Part shown: positions 50,773-61,260 of the stretch, piece by piece
Position numbering within the stretch: position 1 is the stretch's first letter
How the letters are laid out: every line of letters starts with the position of its first letter
DNA from: Candidatus Omnitrophota bacterium
GTDB lineage: Bacteria; Omnitrophota; Gorgyraeia; Zapsychrales; JAHFFX01
Direction: 5' to 3'
NCBI GenBank assembly: GCA_023247705.1
Contig: JAHFFY010000001.1
Span: forward strand, 97,358 to 161,357
DNA length: 64,000 nucleotides
The notes under the pieces: model-generated
Told to the model about the DNA's origin: nothing
Databases searched by the model: none
Seen by the model: only the letters and a program-made list of their open reading frames with translations
Translations under genes and position numbers: made by a program

Positions 50773-51780
50773 TTACACTTTTTTATCAAATAAAATTCTC
50801 GCTTTGACCCATTCGAGGGTTTCGTAGAAGTCACTGTCCTGCCATGAGAGAGCTCTAAGGATTCCCAAATAAATGGTAAAATTGGTTGGATTCAAAATTG
50901 CGGCGTCCCAGTATTTGAAGACCCGGGAGACTTCGATTAGGTCCGGAATTTCCGAGGCCTCTTCTTTGGATGATTCCGAATCCGTCTTTTTTTTCTCTTC
51001 TTTAGGGGGTGCTTTCTCTTCTTTCGTCGCAGGATTGACTTCTTTGATTTCAGGAATCACCCGGTTAATTGAATCAAGCATCGACAAAGCAATTTTCGTG
51101 GCAAAAATCTGCTTAGCGGAAGGCAATTCAAACACTTTCAGGACTGGCGTATAAAGTTGATCAATGATCAAAAGATATTGCTCTTCTTCATCAAAAAAGG
51201 TAAAAAATGGTTGTGGTTGGGGGGGGAATTCTCTTCCCAGGGTAACAATCTCTTTCGTCTCCAGGTTGATCAAGCTGATCTCGCGCCAGATTCCTTCTTT
51301 ATATATTTTTGCGATCAAATATTTTGCGCTGGGGGACCAGCTTCCAAAGGACGGGATCTGCTGATGGGTCCAAAGAACGGTCTCGCTTTCAGTTTGAACG
51401 TCATAGACGATAAGATTGAACATGGGGGGGGACATATTTTCAAAAAGATTTCCACCAATCAAACATACTTTATCGCTGTTGGGGCTCCAGGGCATTGTTT
51501 CATAGTTGGTAATAAATTCTCTGCGGCCGAAACTTTTTTTATAGGAATTCCCATCTGCCTGGATCGCTTCACAAGACAAGGTGTAATACGATGGTCCCCA
51601 CGAGAATTCATTACGATATTTAAACAACATGGTCGTCTTCTTATCCTTGGATTGGCATGACTTAAGGAATGTTTTCCGGAAGAAATCAAGTTTCTTCAGT
51701 TCCCGTTTCTCTTCCTCTTTATCAAATAGGAGTCGACTTGGTTCTGCGGCCGTTACGCCGTTCATAACATGAAATTCCAT
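50773..51780 (-). CDS. Hypothetical protein, possibly TolB-like beta-propeller
   Basis: 335-aa ORF with its own promoter; PWSPNSDK and SWSPSAKY repeats. Confidence 0.6.
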   Translation of the reverse strand: MEFHVMNGVTAAEPSRLLFDKEEEKRELKKLDFFRKTFLKSCQSKDKKTTMLFKYRNEFSWGPSYYTLSCEAIQADGNSYKKSFGRREFITNYETMPWSPNSDKVCLIGGNLFENMSPPMFNLIVYDVQTESETVLWTHQQIPSFGSWSPSAKYLIAKIYKEGIWREISLINLETKEIVTLGREFPPQPQPFFTFFDEEEQYLLIIDQLYTPVLKVFELPSAKQIFATKIALSMLDSINRVIPEIKEVNPATKEEKAPPKEEKKKTDSESSKEEASEIPDLIEVSRVFKYWDAAILNPTNFTIYLGILRALSWQDSDFYETLEWVKARILFDKKV

Positions 51781-51867
51781 ATTGAGTTTAGGTGTTGTTT
51801 TGTCCGTTTAAAGACAGTTAACAGGAAATAATTTTGATTTCGACGGTAATGACGGTTATCATAACAA

Positions 51868-51896
51868 ATCGGGTGATTCGTTGCAAGGCTCAAATC
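51868..51896 (-). promoter_or_regulatory. Putative sigma70 promoter
   Basis: Minus strand TTGCAA-N17-TATGAT with TGn. Confidence 0.65.
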
Positions 51897-52054
51897 CTCG
51901 GGATAACATCAAATTTTTCATAGCACGGAATTGTTAAAATAACGAATCAATATTACCATGATATCCAAAATTCGAAAGATAATTTACAAAAAATATCCAT
52001 AAAATCATAAAAATTGTATTAATATAGGAACAAAGTTGAAAAAAGGGTAAAAAT

Positions 52055-52996
52055 ATGATTTCCGCTCGTTCATTACGCATTGATTACGATAATGTCACGG
52101 CCGTTTATGATCTGGATCTTGAGATCCCCAAGGGACAGATTTTTGGACTTGTCGGTCCTAACGGTGCTGGAAAAACATCAACGATCAAGGCCTTAGCAGG
52201 TATTCTTGAACCAACTTACGGTGAAATCAAGATTGCGGGAATCGATATTGATTTGTCACCTCAAGAAGCGTTACGATCCCTTGGATACATGCCTGATTTC
52301 CCGCCTGTTTATGAAAATTTGAAAGTTGGGGAATATCTTGATGTCTTTGCCGCCGCTTATCTTATTCCACGTCAGGAAAGGTCCCAAAGGATTAAACATT
52401 GGTTAGAGCGTGTTGATCTGCTGGGAAAACAAAATGCGCTTATTCATACCCTCTCCCGCGGGATGAGGCAACGGCTGGTTTTGGCTAAAACCCTGCTTCA
52501 TCAACCGACCGTTCTTTTTTTAGATGAACCGGCGAGCGGTATGGATCCGATCGCTCGTAAAGAATTAAGAAATATCCTTACGGAAGTCAGTCAGCAAGGT
52601 ACAACCGTTTTGATCTCCAGTCATATTTTGACGGAACTCAGCGATTTTTGTACGTCGGTCGGTATTATGGAAAAGGGTCGGATGGTCGTTTCTGGAACGA
52701 TTGAAGAAATCCGTAAACGGGTCGGCAGCAAAGGCAAACTTGTGATCCGTCTGGTCAATCCTTATGAGCGGACCCGCGAAGCTTTGTTGCATGATTTAAA
52801 AAATGTTCCCTATTTACACGAACCGAATGAAGTTGCCCCGGGCCATTTTCATGCATATTTTTCCGGAGAAGATAATCTAGCGGCCAACCTATTAAAAGAA
52901 CTTATTGCTCAAGGGCATCCGATCGCTGACTTTCATCTCAGAGAAGAAAACGTCGAGGATATATTTTTTAAGATTGGAGCGAGAGAAGTTTCATGA
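52055..52996 (+). CDS. ABC-2 type exporter ATP-binding protein
   Basis: GPNGAGKT, LSRGMRQR, LDEPASGMDP, ISSHIL. Confidence 0.95.
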   Translation: MISARSLRIDYDNVTAVYDLDLEIPKGQIFGLVGPNGAGKTSTIKALAGILEPTYGEIKIAGIDIDLSPQEALRSLGYMPDFPPVYENLKVGEYLDVFAAAYLIPRQERSQRIKHWLERVDLLGKQNALIHTLSRGMRQRLVLAKTLLHQPTVLFLDEPASGMDPIARKELRNILTEVSQQGTTVLISSHILTELSDFCTSVGIMEKGRMVVSGTIEEIRKRVGSKGKLVIRLVNPYERTREALLHDLKNVPYLHEPNEVAPGHFHAYFSGEDNLAANLLKELIAQGHPIADFHLREENVEDIFFKIGAREVS

Positions 52997-54555
52997 CATT
53001 ACTTCCCCTGTTAGACAATTCGCTATTTCTACGAAACTGGCGGGAGCGTATGAGGCCCACACTTATTCTCTCTTCAACGATCATAACCTCGATTGTGATT
53101 GTATTTTTCTTTCTCGCCGCATATATTCAGCATGATCTTTATAAATCAATCTCTCCACCGCTGATTATCTTTTGGTACATGATTTTGGGCCATGGTGTCC
53201 TGCTTTTGTTAATCGGAACGAGTATGGTCGGTCATATGTCCGTTCAGGAGAGGATCAGCGGCACGCTTGATTTTCACCGCGCCTCGCCTACAAGTCGCTG
53301 GAATCAAATCCTAGGAATTTTGGTCGGCGCTCCAGTTCTGGAGTGGTGTATCTTTTCGGTAACACTCCCGATTTCTTTAGTCCTCGCTTCGATAAGCGAA
53401 ATCGGGCTGATCAATGCAATCGTCTTTTACATTTCCTTAATACTTTGCGCAATCTTTTTTCATTTTTTCTCTTTGTTTGGTGCGTTGCATTCTGATCGGA
53501 AGATTGTTGCCACTCAAAACCGAACCGGGATACTGAAAATTTTTCTCTTTCTTTATTTCTTCCCATTGTTTTTCGTTTCGTTCCATTTTTCTTCGCTCTA
53601 CCACCTCACCTGTTTACCCCAATATATCCATGTGACGGGTCTTATTTTTAAAACACTTGGCTCTTCTCTGGATAAATTTTATACTTCACCGGCACTTCCC
53701 TTTCGTCTTTACAGCGTTCAATTGCCGTCTTTGTTATTCCAGGGCATCGTTGAAATCCCATTTATTATTTTTTTCAGTCTAGGGGTGATGCGTAAAATCT
53801 CCCGTCCGGAAAGACCAATATTCTCCAAAAAGCAATCACTGGTATTGATTGGACTCATCCTGTTTCTTTTCGTGGGAAGTGCGATTCCTTTATTCGAATA
53901 TGCCGAGAAGAAAATTTCTCCGGATGCTCATTTCTTGACAGTTTGTTTCGTTTATTTGACCACTTTTCTTGGTATCTTAGGAGCGACCTCCATTACTCCG
54001 AGCCAGTTACTTTATTTGAAAGGATTAAGAAAACTTAAAAAATTAGGCCAGAAAAAAATCCTTTGGCAAGACGATCATGCCACTAATTCCCCTTGGCTTT
54101 TTGGATTTGCCCTGATTGCGCTGCTTTTCCACTTTTTATTTACTGCATGGATGACACCCAACCTTCTGGACCGTTTTCTGGTATTCAGTTTAACGATCCT
54201 TTACGTCTTTTCGTTGGCTTGGGCGTTGGAATATTTTCGTTTGAGCCAGCATCACACCAAACGAAGCTTGTTTATCGTTTTGACCAGCATTGTCTGGTTT
54301 TTTATCCCACTGTTAGGGCTCATTATGCAGCCACTGTTTAAACAGTATCCGGATGTGATTTATTATTTCTTTGCTCCGTCTCCCCTTTTCGGACTAGGAA
54401 GTACGATCTCAATCATATTGTCCAAATCCTATTATCAAAATATTTTTGAACCGATGGTTCTGGTCGTCACTGTTCTCATTAATCTCATCATCGCTCTCAT
54501 TTGCCTTCTTTTCACCAAACGAGAGAGAAAATTTCTTCGCCAAAAGGTTTTTTAA
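52993..54555 (+). CDS. Polytopic membrane protein, probable ABC-2 permease
   Basis: About 12 hydrophobic segments; ER.SGTLD..R.SP motif; ATGA overlap with the ATPase gene. Confidence 0.75.
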   Translation: MTLLPLLDNSLFLRNWRERMRPTLILSSTIITSIVIVFFFLAAYIQHDLYKSISPPLIIFWYMILGHGVLLLLIGTSMVGHMSVQERISGTLDFHRASPTSRWNQILGILVGAPVLEWCIFSVTLPISLVLASISEIGLINAIVFYISLILCAIFFHFFSLFGALHSDRKIVATQNRTGILKIFLFLYFFPLFFVSFHFSSLYHLTCLPQYIHVTGLIFKTLGSSLDKFYTSPALPFRLYSVQLPSLLFQGIVEIPFIIFFSLGVMRKISRPERPIFSKKQSLVLIGLILFLFVGSAIPLFEYAEKKISPDAHFLTVCFVYLTTFLGILGATSITPSQLLYLKGLRKLKKLGQKKILWQDDHATNSPWLFGFALIALLFHFLFTAWMTPNLLDRFLVFSLTILYVFSLAWALEYFRLSQHHTKRSLFIVLTSIVWFFIPLLGLIMQPLFKQYPDVIYYFFAPSPLFGLGSTISIILSKSYYQNIFEPMVLVVTVLINLIIALICLLFTKRERKFLRQKVF

Positions 54556-54611
54556 CCTTCCCCCAGCTTTTTAATAAAATTTAATCGAAAACGATAGCTA
54601 ACGGAACGGAT

Positions 54612-55049
54612 TTAGGAAGACGAACGTCCCTGCTTGTTAAGTTTATAGCCAAGAGGCCAGTAGACGCAGTTGACTTTGGCGTTTTCTGTTAATTTGAGTT
54701 CCCATTCATGCGAGAGACTGATGACGCCATGCCAAATTCCTTTTTTCAGGATCACCGGCTTGGTGAGCAAAAAACATTCAATTTTGGGATCATTTTTTTT
54801 CTGTGCGACAAACAGCAACCCGTTTCTGTGGATCGGTTCAAAGCTTTCAAACGAGTCCGGATGACTTTCCAGTCGATGTATGTGTTTGTCCCGTACGATC
54901 AAATACGCAATCCGCCATCCGATACATTTATTTTCCGTTACTACAATACGAAACAAATTTTTTTGATGTCCTTTCTTGTGTTTATTAGGATAATTAATGA
55001 TGTATCCGTACGGACGAAATATTTTGGGGGTTAAACGTTTAATTTTCAT
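54612..55049 (-). CDS. Ureidoglycolate lyase-like cupin
   Basis: LT...FRPYG, LESHPDSFESFEP, LKKGIWH. Confidence 0.7.
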   Translation of the reverse strand: MKIKRLTPKIFRPYGYIINYPNKHKKGHQKNLFRIVVTENKCIGWRIAYLIVRDKHIHRLESHPDSFESFEPIHRNGLLFVAQKKNDPKIECFLLTKPVILKKGIWHGVISLSHEWELKLTENAKVNCVYWPLGYKLNKQGRSSS

Positions 55050-55980
55050 CGTTTGATTGATAAATACCGAGTTCTACGACCAGTGGATAGTGTCCTAAAG
55101 ACAAATCAGGCCCTTGCTCATAATTTAAAACGCTAAAATTTTTGCTGACCAAACAATGATCAATGGGGACCGCCAGAATCGGCCATTGCGTGGGATATGT
55201 CGGGTGAATTCCGAATCCTAATGAACAATTGCGCAGATGCATTTTTTTTAAGAAGTCCTGAAACCAATGAGACCATGGGCCGGTATTAAAATTTCCGATC
55301 ACAATTGTGTTCTGTTCCTGCGGTAAATTTTCTTGAGCAATACGTGCAAACTCTTCATTCCTTTGCGCAAACGATATTTCATTGAACGGCGGGGTTAAAT
55401 GGATGAGAATAAAATTGAAAACTTTTTCGTTGAGCGTGAGTTGTGAGATGATCGTTGGATAAACGGATCTGCCGTAGTACTGAAATTGAAAATTTTTAAA
55501 TGGTATTCTGCTTAGAATTTCCATTCCCGATCCTTCTGCGCTAAAAATATGATTTTCATTCTGGTATTGTATAAGAATATTGTTTAACCCACTCACATCT
55601 TCCGCTGAGACACCATCCATTGCCAGGATATCAGGATTAACCTTGTAGATATAGTCCATGATCTTAGTGTAATTTTTGTCCGGGGCTTTTAAATTGAGCA
55701 AAAGGATCTTCACTTTTTCATGCATAAACATATTGCGGTATTCCAGATTAGGCTTATATAAATAATACGGCAATAACTGATTGGCATTAATCAGTAAGAA
55801 AAACAATGTGATCAAGATAAACCTTTTATTGCGGATCATAATAAAGAACAATAAAAAAAAGATATGCACAAAAAGATACTGGATTCGAAAATGACTAATC
55901 AGATCATACCACCATCCGTTTTGCGAGAAAAACCCTGCAATCGAGAGGCCCGCGGATATAAAAAATAGAATAATCAGCAT
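55039..55980 (-). CDS. Membrane-anchored endonuclease/exonuclease/phosphatase (EEP, YafD-like) protein with degenerate active site
   Basis: N-terminal TMs with SHFRIQY; HLTPP, GNFN.GPWS, PTYP, PIDHCLVS, HYPL. Confidence 0.82.
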   Translation of the reverse strand: MLIILFFISAGLSIAGFFSQNGWWYDLISHFRIQYLFVHIFFLLFFIMIRNKRFILITLFFLLINANQLLPYYLYKPNLEYRNMFMHEKVKILLLNLKAPDKNYTKIMDYIYKVNPDILAMDGVSAEDVSGLNNILIQYQNENHIFSAEGSGMEILSRIPFKNFQFQYYGRSVYPTIISQLTLNEKVFNFILIHLTPPFNEISFAQRNEEFARIAQENLPQEQNTIVIGNFNTGPWSHWFQDFLKKMHLRNCSLGFGIHPTYPTQWPILAVPIDHCLVSKNFSVLNYEQGPDLSLGHYPLVVELGIYQSNDEN

Positions 55981-56039
55981 ATATCAATTGCTCTCTTTTT
56001 TTTTGAGGTGAGTGGTTATAGTCATCATACCGGATGGAC

Positions 56040-56399
56040 TCAAAATGTCCCATCTTTGAGCATCACCAGCGTACATGCATTCACGGGAAGGATATGATGA
56101 GCACGCGCTTTCTCAAAGAGTTGAGGATTTTCCGCCCCCGGATTAAAAATGATCCGGCGGGGAAATTTTTTAATAATGTCGTCTTGAATTTGGCTGGAAA
56201 TATCCGCGGACACATAAAGCGAAATGGTATCGATCGGTTCCGGGATTTCGGTGATGGAAGAATAAACGTTCATCTGATCGATTTTTTTGATCCGCTGATG
56301 CACAGGAAAAACCGTATGTCCTTTCTTTAGTAAAAAGACAACCGCTTGATAAGAGTATCGTTCAGGTTTATCGGATGCACCCAAAACTGCAACATTCAT
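56040..56399 (-). CDS. CoA-binding protein (YccU-like)
   Basis: VAVLGASDKPERYS, IDTISLY, IFNPGAEN, ACTLVM. Confidence 0.93.
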   Translation of the reverse strand: MNVAVLGASDKPERYSYQAVVFLLKKGHTVFPVHQRIKKIDQMNVYSSITEIPEPIDTISLYVSADISSQIQDDIIKKFPRRIIFNPGAENPQLFEKARAHHILPVNACTLVMLKDGTF

Positions 56400-56441
56400 A
56401 TGGCATTGAGGTTTGAGCGGGTCAAATCGTTTGATCAGATT

Positions 56442-57014
56442 TTAAGAATGCCGCATGATCCAGGCTCTTTGTTCTGCAATTAACCTGCGGTCCTCCCAGC
56501 GAAAGAAAATCCGCTTTGCGGGATCTTTGTCATATTCCAGTTCAATATGCGGTTCAACTTGTATTGGTTTAAACAAGCGAAGCTCATAGTGCGATTCTTT
56601 GATGAGCGCATCCTTAAATGAGTCGGGATTATCTGGATAAAAAATCAGGGAGCACACTCGGTCGTTAAAAAAAATAAGCGATAACAACCCGGTGTGATTC
56701 AAATACACATAGCCAGCCACCTCCAGTGTATACAGCTCATATGGTGGCTTTTCGGTGCCATCGGATAGGGTTTGTGACACGCCTTTGAAATCACCGTATT
56801 CATATTTTAAGTCGGTTGAGACATTTTCCACAGATGTGTAACTGCGGAAGTTCTCCATCATGGGATAACCAAATTTAATTTTATTATAACTAGGTTCAAT
56901 AAATAAAGCATAGGCGATCCAAGAATCCGGATTTTCGATCGCATAGAAGATCATCGCCGGTACAAGCAAAAGCAAGGAAACGATAATCCACTGGACTTTA
57001 CTATTTTTTATCAT
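56442..57014 (-). CDS. Hypothetical protein with N-terminal membrane anchor
   Basis: 190-aa ORF, co-directional, fills the gap. Confidence 0.7.
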   Translation of the reverse strand: MIKNSKVQWIIVSLLLLVPAMIFYAIENPDSWIAYALFIEPSYNKIKFGYPMMENFRSYTSVENVSTDLKYEYGDFKGVSQTLSDGTEKPPYELYTLEVAGYVYLNHTGLLSLIFFNDRVCSLIFYPDNPDSFKDALIKESHYELRLFKPIQVEPHIELEYDKDPAKRIFFRWEDRRLIAEQRAWIMRHS

Positions 57015-57065
57015 GGGCGGCGGTATGTCGGCGATTAGACAGAACGGATATGCTGGATGAAGTTT

Positions 57066-57536
57066 TCATTTAAATGATTTAACCTTTAATAACATATTCA
57101 AGGCTTCTTTATCTTTGGGTTCTGATATAGAATTTAAAGGAAGATAAATAAATTGGATTTTGGAGTAAAAAAAAAGATAATACATTTTTTGTTTGATACA
57201 GCGCTTGATATAATCAAACTTTATTTTGATGCTGCTGCCATCCTTGAAATTGCTGGTGATGAAATCAGGATCCAACTCACATGTACGAGGAGCAAATAAA
57301 ATCGCATCGGACTTTTGGTTCGATTGGATCCAGGAGATGGAAATAAGATATATAAAGTAAACCGTGCAAAGGAGGATAAACAAAAGTAATGCGGAAAAAA
57401 ATCCCGCGTCAATTCCCAGGCTACAAAAAAGCAATAAAAAAATGAACACAAACCATCTCTGTCTCAATGTCAGACCAATCAGGATCATAAAATAATCGCT
57501 TTTAGCCAAATAAAATTCGTTCGTTTTGATTCGCAT
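57066..57536 (-). CDS. YcxB-like membrane protein
   Basis: Two TMs followed by a soluble domain ending Y.LF....F.YLP. Confidence 0.6.
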   Translation of the reverse strand: MRIKTNEFYLAKSDYFMILIGLTLRQRWFVFIFLLLFCSLGIDAGFFSALLLFILLCTVYFIYLISISWIQSNQKSDAILFAPRTCELDPDFITSNFKDGSSIKIKFDYIKRCIKQKMYYLFFYSKIQFIYLPLNSISEPKDKEALNMLLKVKSFK

Positions 57537-57548
57537 GATTTATTTTTA

Positions 57549-58523
57549 TTATCCGGCTCGTAATTGTGATAGATGTTTAATACGTTTTAGCATATTCGGA
57601 TGAGTGCTAAATGCTTCCATCAGATAATCACTAAACGTCAGATTAATTTCACGGCTTTTAAGTAGCGCCATTTCAGAGGCGTCAATGGTGCCGCTTCGAT
57701 CCAAGTCCAGCTGGCTAAGTTCTCGAATTTCTAACTTTGCCCTTGAAGGATCATTGGCAAAAAAAGCCTTGCATCCTTCGACTTCTCTTAATGAGTTTCG
57801 ATCCAGTTTTGCCGAGCCGTACACGAGTTTATACAAAGCAGACGCCAGGGCTGATGGATTGTTACCGATATCCACTGAACCTTTATCCGCGTAATATTCT
57901 CGAATACGAGAGGCATAAAGAACCAAGAGATTGGTGATAAAATAAAAAATAAAAGCAATCGCCCCGATCAAAAATGTGTTATTGCCTCGCTCTTCTCTTC
58001 GATTGTAACCATCATTTCCATAAAACATAAAATGCCAGGCCAAACGATACAATAACATCGGAAGAACAGAAAGCAATGTAATGGTGACCACATCGCGATT
58101 TTTAATATGCGTTAATTCATGTCCTAACACGGCTTGTAACTCTTCCGAGCTTAACAAGTTCAAAATTCCCTGACTTACACAAACTCTTCCATCTCCCATG
58201 GAACGTCCAAAGGCAAAGGCGTTTGGAATAGCTACGTCTGCAATTGCGATTTTAGGCATAGGGATTTGGGCCTTTCGGGCAAGATCTTCGACCATATCAA
58301 ACAATTGAGGCGCGTCCTTGCTTTGAATATATCTCACACGCATGGTCCATTCAATCATCTTGGGCCCCAGCATATATTGAATAAACATGAAGAATAAGGA
58401 AATAAAAAGGAAGAAATAAAAATTATCCAGCCCCATCGCTGTCCCCAAAACGACAACAACCGCATAGATAATTCCAAAAAAGACAGTCACTAACAGCGTC
58501 ATTCTTACTTGAAGCGGAACCAT
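57549..58523 (-). CDS. htpX: Zinc metalloprotease HtpX (M48) with EF-hand-like loop
   Basis: PNAFAFG, GHELTH, SRIREYYAD, LASALYKL, STHP. Confidence 0.95.
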   Translation of the reverse strand: MVPLQVRMTLLVTVFFGIIYAVVVVLGTAMGLDNFYFFLFISLFFMFIQYMLGPKMIEWTMRVRYIQSKDAPQLFDMVEDLARKAQIPMPKIAIADVAIPNAFAFGRSMGDGRVCVSQGILNLLSSEELQAVLGHELTHIKNRDVVTITLLSVLPMLLYRLAWHFMFYGNDGYNRREERGNNTFLIGAIAFIFYFITNLLVLYASRIREYYADKGSVDIGNNPSALASALYKLVYGSAKLDRNSLREVEGCKAFFANDPSRAKLEIRELSQLDLDRSGTIDASEMALLKSREINLTFSDYLMEAFSTHPNMLKRIKHLSQLRAG

Positions 58524-58661
58524 TATTCGGTCATCTCCATTGTTTATAAATTTTCATTCCACCGCTTATATGCATGGTGGCTGCAACTATTATATCAAAA
58601 TTTCTTGAAATTTTTAGTTTGGTTTACAGATTTATTACCTCGATAGAAAAGTGATCGGAAG

Positions 58662-61135
58662 TTACATTCCCAAGGTTGGAATATTCCAGATGTCTTTGGC
58701 GTATTCTCGAATGGTTCGATCACTAGAAAATTTGCCAGATTTAGCGACATTGAGAATTGATTTTTGGGTCCATTGGGCTTTGTCGAGATAGGACTGGGAA
58801 ACTAATGCTTGGGTTTTGCAATAGGAATCGAAATCAGAGCAGACTAAAAACGGATCATGCTCAGTGAGTGACTGAAATATAGGCAAAAATAAACCCGGTT
58901 CTGACGGCGAAAAGAAATTCGACTGGATCAGATGGAAAATTTCGCGTAAGACTGGATTATTATTGATGTATTCTTTCGGAGAATATCCCTGTTTTTTTTG
59001 GCTTCGACTTCTTCCGTCCTCAAACCGAAGATGAACATGTTTTCGTTGCCGACGGCTTCCGCGATTTCAATATTCGCTCCATCTAACGTTCCGATCGTTA
59101 ATGCACCGTTAAGCATGAATTTCATATTTCCTGTTCCAGAAGCTTCAGTCCCGGCCGTTGAAATCTGTTCGGATAATTCACTGGCAGGAAAAATTTTTTC
59201 GGCAAGTGAAACCCGATAGTTTTCCATAAAGATCACTTTAAGTCGGTCTTTCACTCCTTTATCATGATTGATCACATCCGCGATGCTGTTAATAAATTTA
59301 ATAATCAACTTTGCAATAAAATAACCCGGAGCAGCCTTACCCGCGAGAATAAATGTCCGCTGGATTTGGAATTTCTGGGGATCGTGCTTCAGTTTCAAAT
59401 ACTCTGCGATAATAAATAAACTGAATAAAAGTTGCCGTTTATACTCATGAATGCGCTTAATTTGAACATCAAAGAGCGATTCGGGATTAACGACGATCTG
59501 CATGGTTTTTTCGATATAGTTGGCTAAAAACATTTTGTTTTGCATTTTCACGTCTTGCCATTGCTTGACGAAATCGCTTTTCTTCGCATAGGCGGTGAGT
59601 TTTTCAAGATAATCCAGATTTTTAATCCATTCATTGCCGATTGTATCTGAAACCAGTTTTGAAAGCCGCGTATTCGCTTTTAAAAGCCATCGCCTTTGAG
59701 TAATCCCGTTCGTTTTATTGTTAAACTTGCCTGGCTCATATTCATAAAAATCTTTAAAGAGGTTTATTTTGAGGAGATTGGAGTGTAAAACAGAAACGCC
59801 GTTAATGGAAAAACTGCCAACGATGCACAGATGCGCCATGCGGATTCGTTTGGGATTTCCCTCTTCGATGAGCGACATCCGGCTCAGGCGTTCATTATCG
59901 CCCGGGAAATAGTTCGCTACTTCTTTTAAGAAACGAAAATTAATTTCATAAACGATTTGTAAATGTCTGGGCAAGACTTTTTCAAATAGCGGAACGGTCC
60001 AGCATTCCAGGGCCTCAGGCATCAGCGTGTGGTTTGTGTAGGCAAATGTTTTGGTGACAATGTTCCAGGCGGCTTCCCATTCTAACTGTTCCATATCAAC
60101 CAGAATCCGCATGAGTTCAACAATCGCCAGGGCCGGGTGAGTGTCGTTCAATTGAATGACCGCCTTTTTGGGCAGATCCGTCAGATTCGTGTTTTCGGCC
60201 TTGAACCGTCGGATAATATCCGCGATCGCGGCTGCGGTGAAAAAATATTCTTGTTTAAGACGTAATTCTCTTCCCTGGCTGACCCCGTCGTTGGGATACA
60301 GCACTTTCGAAATATTTTCGGAGAACATTTTTTGATAGACAGCTTTTTCATAGTCTCCATCATTGAAATATTCAAAATCAAATTCTTCACTGCTTCGCGC
60401 AGACCATAACCTCAAGGTGTTCACGATATCATTGCAGTATCCGGGGATGGGGATGTCATAAGGCATCGCTAAAATATTTTGTGTGTCAACCCAGGCGATG
60501 CAGGGCTTTCCATTGCGGTCCTGATAATTTTGAGTACGACCGTAAAAATGGACCGCCAGGGCGTATTCCGGCCGCGCGAATTCCCAAGGATTTTTCAGTT
60601 TCAGCCATTCGTCCGGTTTTTCGAGTTGATAACCGTTTTGTATTTTTTGGTTAAAAATCCCATAATCATACCGGATGCCATAACCATGCGCAGGAATTCC
60701 CAGCGTTGCCATTGAATCGAGAAAGCACGCCGCTAAACGACCTAACCCGCCGTTGCCTAACCCCGCGTCCACTTCTTGTTCCCTGAGCTCATCTAATTCT
60801 AAACCTAAATCATCCAATGCGTCCTTAGATTCTTTCTCGCATCCCAGATTAATAATATTGTTTCCCAATAATCGTCCGATAAGGAATTCCATGGATAAAT
60901 AATAGACGCGCTTTTTGTTCTTCCGATGGTATTCCTGCTGGGTCACAATCCAGCGTTCCACCAGACGGTCACGAAGGGCAATCGATAATGCCAGAAAATT
61001 ATCGTAGGCCGTGGCTGTATATTGATCTTTGGCCAACGTATACTCGCGATTGACTTGAAAGGATAGTCGAATACCATCTTTCGTCATATCTTTATGGATC
61101 GGTGTCCACTGCAAATCGACTTTTTTATCTGGCAT
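58662..61135 (-). CDS. glgP: Glycogen/starch phosphorylase, split by a frameshift in an A8 run
   Basis: GLGNGGLGRLAACF, QLNDTHP, QIKRIHEYKRQ, EASGTGNMKF; C-terminus (GKFSSDRTIREYAKDIW) is in the -1 frame after 58992-58999. Confidence 0.95.
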
Positions 61136-61260
61136 CTTCTAAACTCCTTTATATCCCTCTCTTCGACTCTGAATTCTTAGAAGTTTATTAAAGCACAATT
61201 TACACAGTATTTTGCGAATTTTTCATATTTTTTCAGTAAATCCTTGGGGGGGCCTTGCGA

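Noticed and set aside
58662-58886. Separate 74-aa gene
   Set aside because: It is the out-of-frame C-terminus of glgP.
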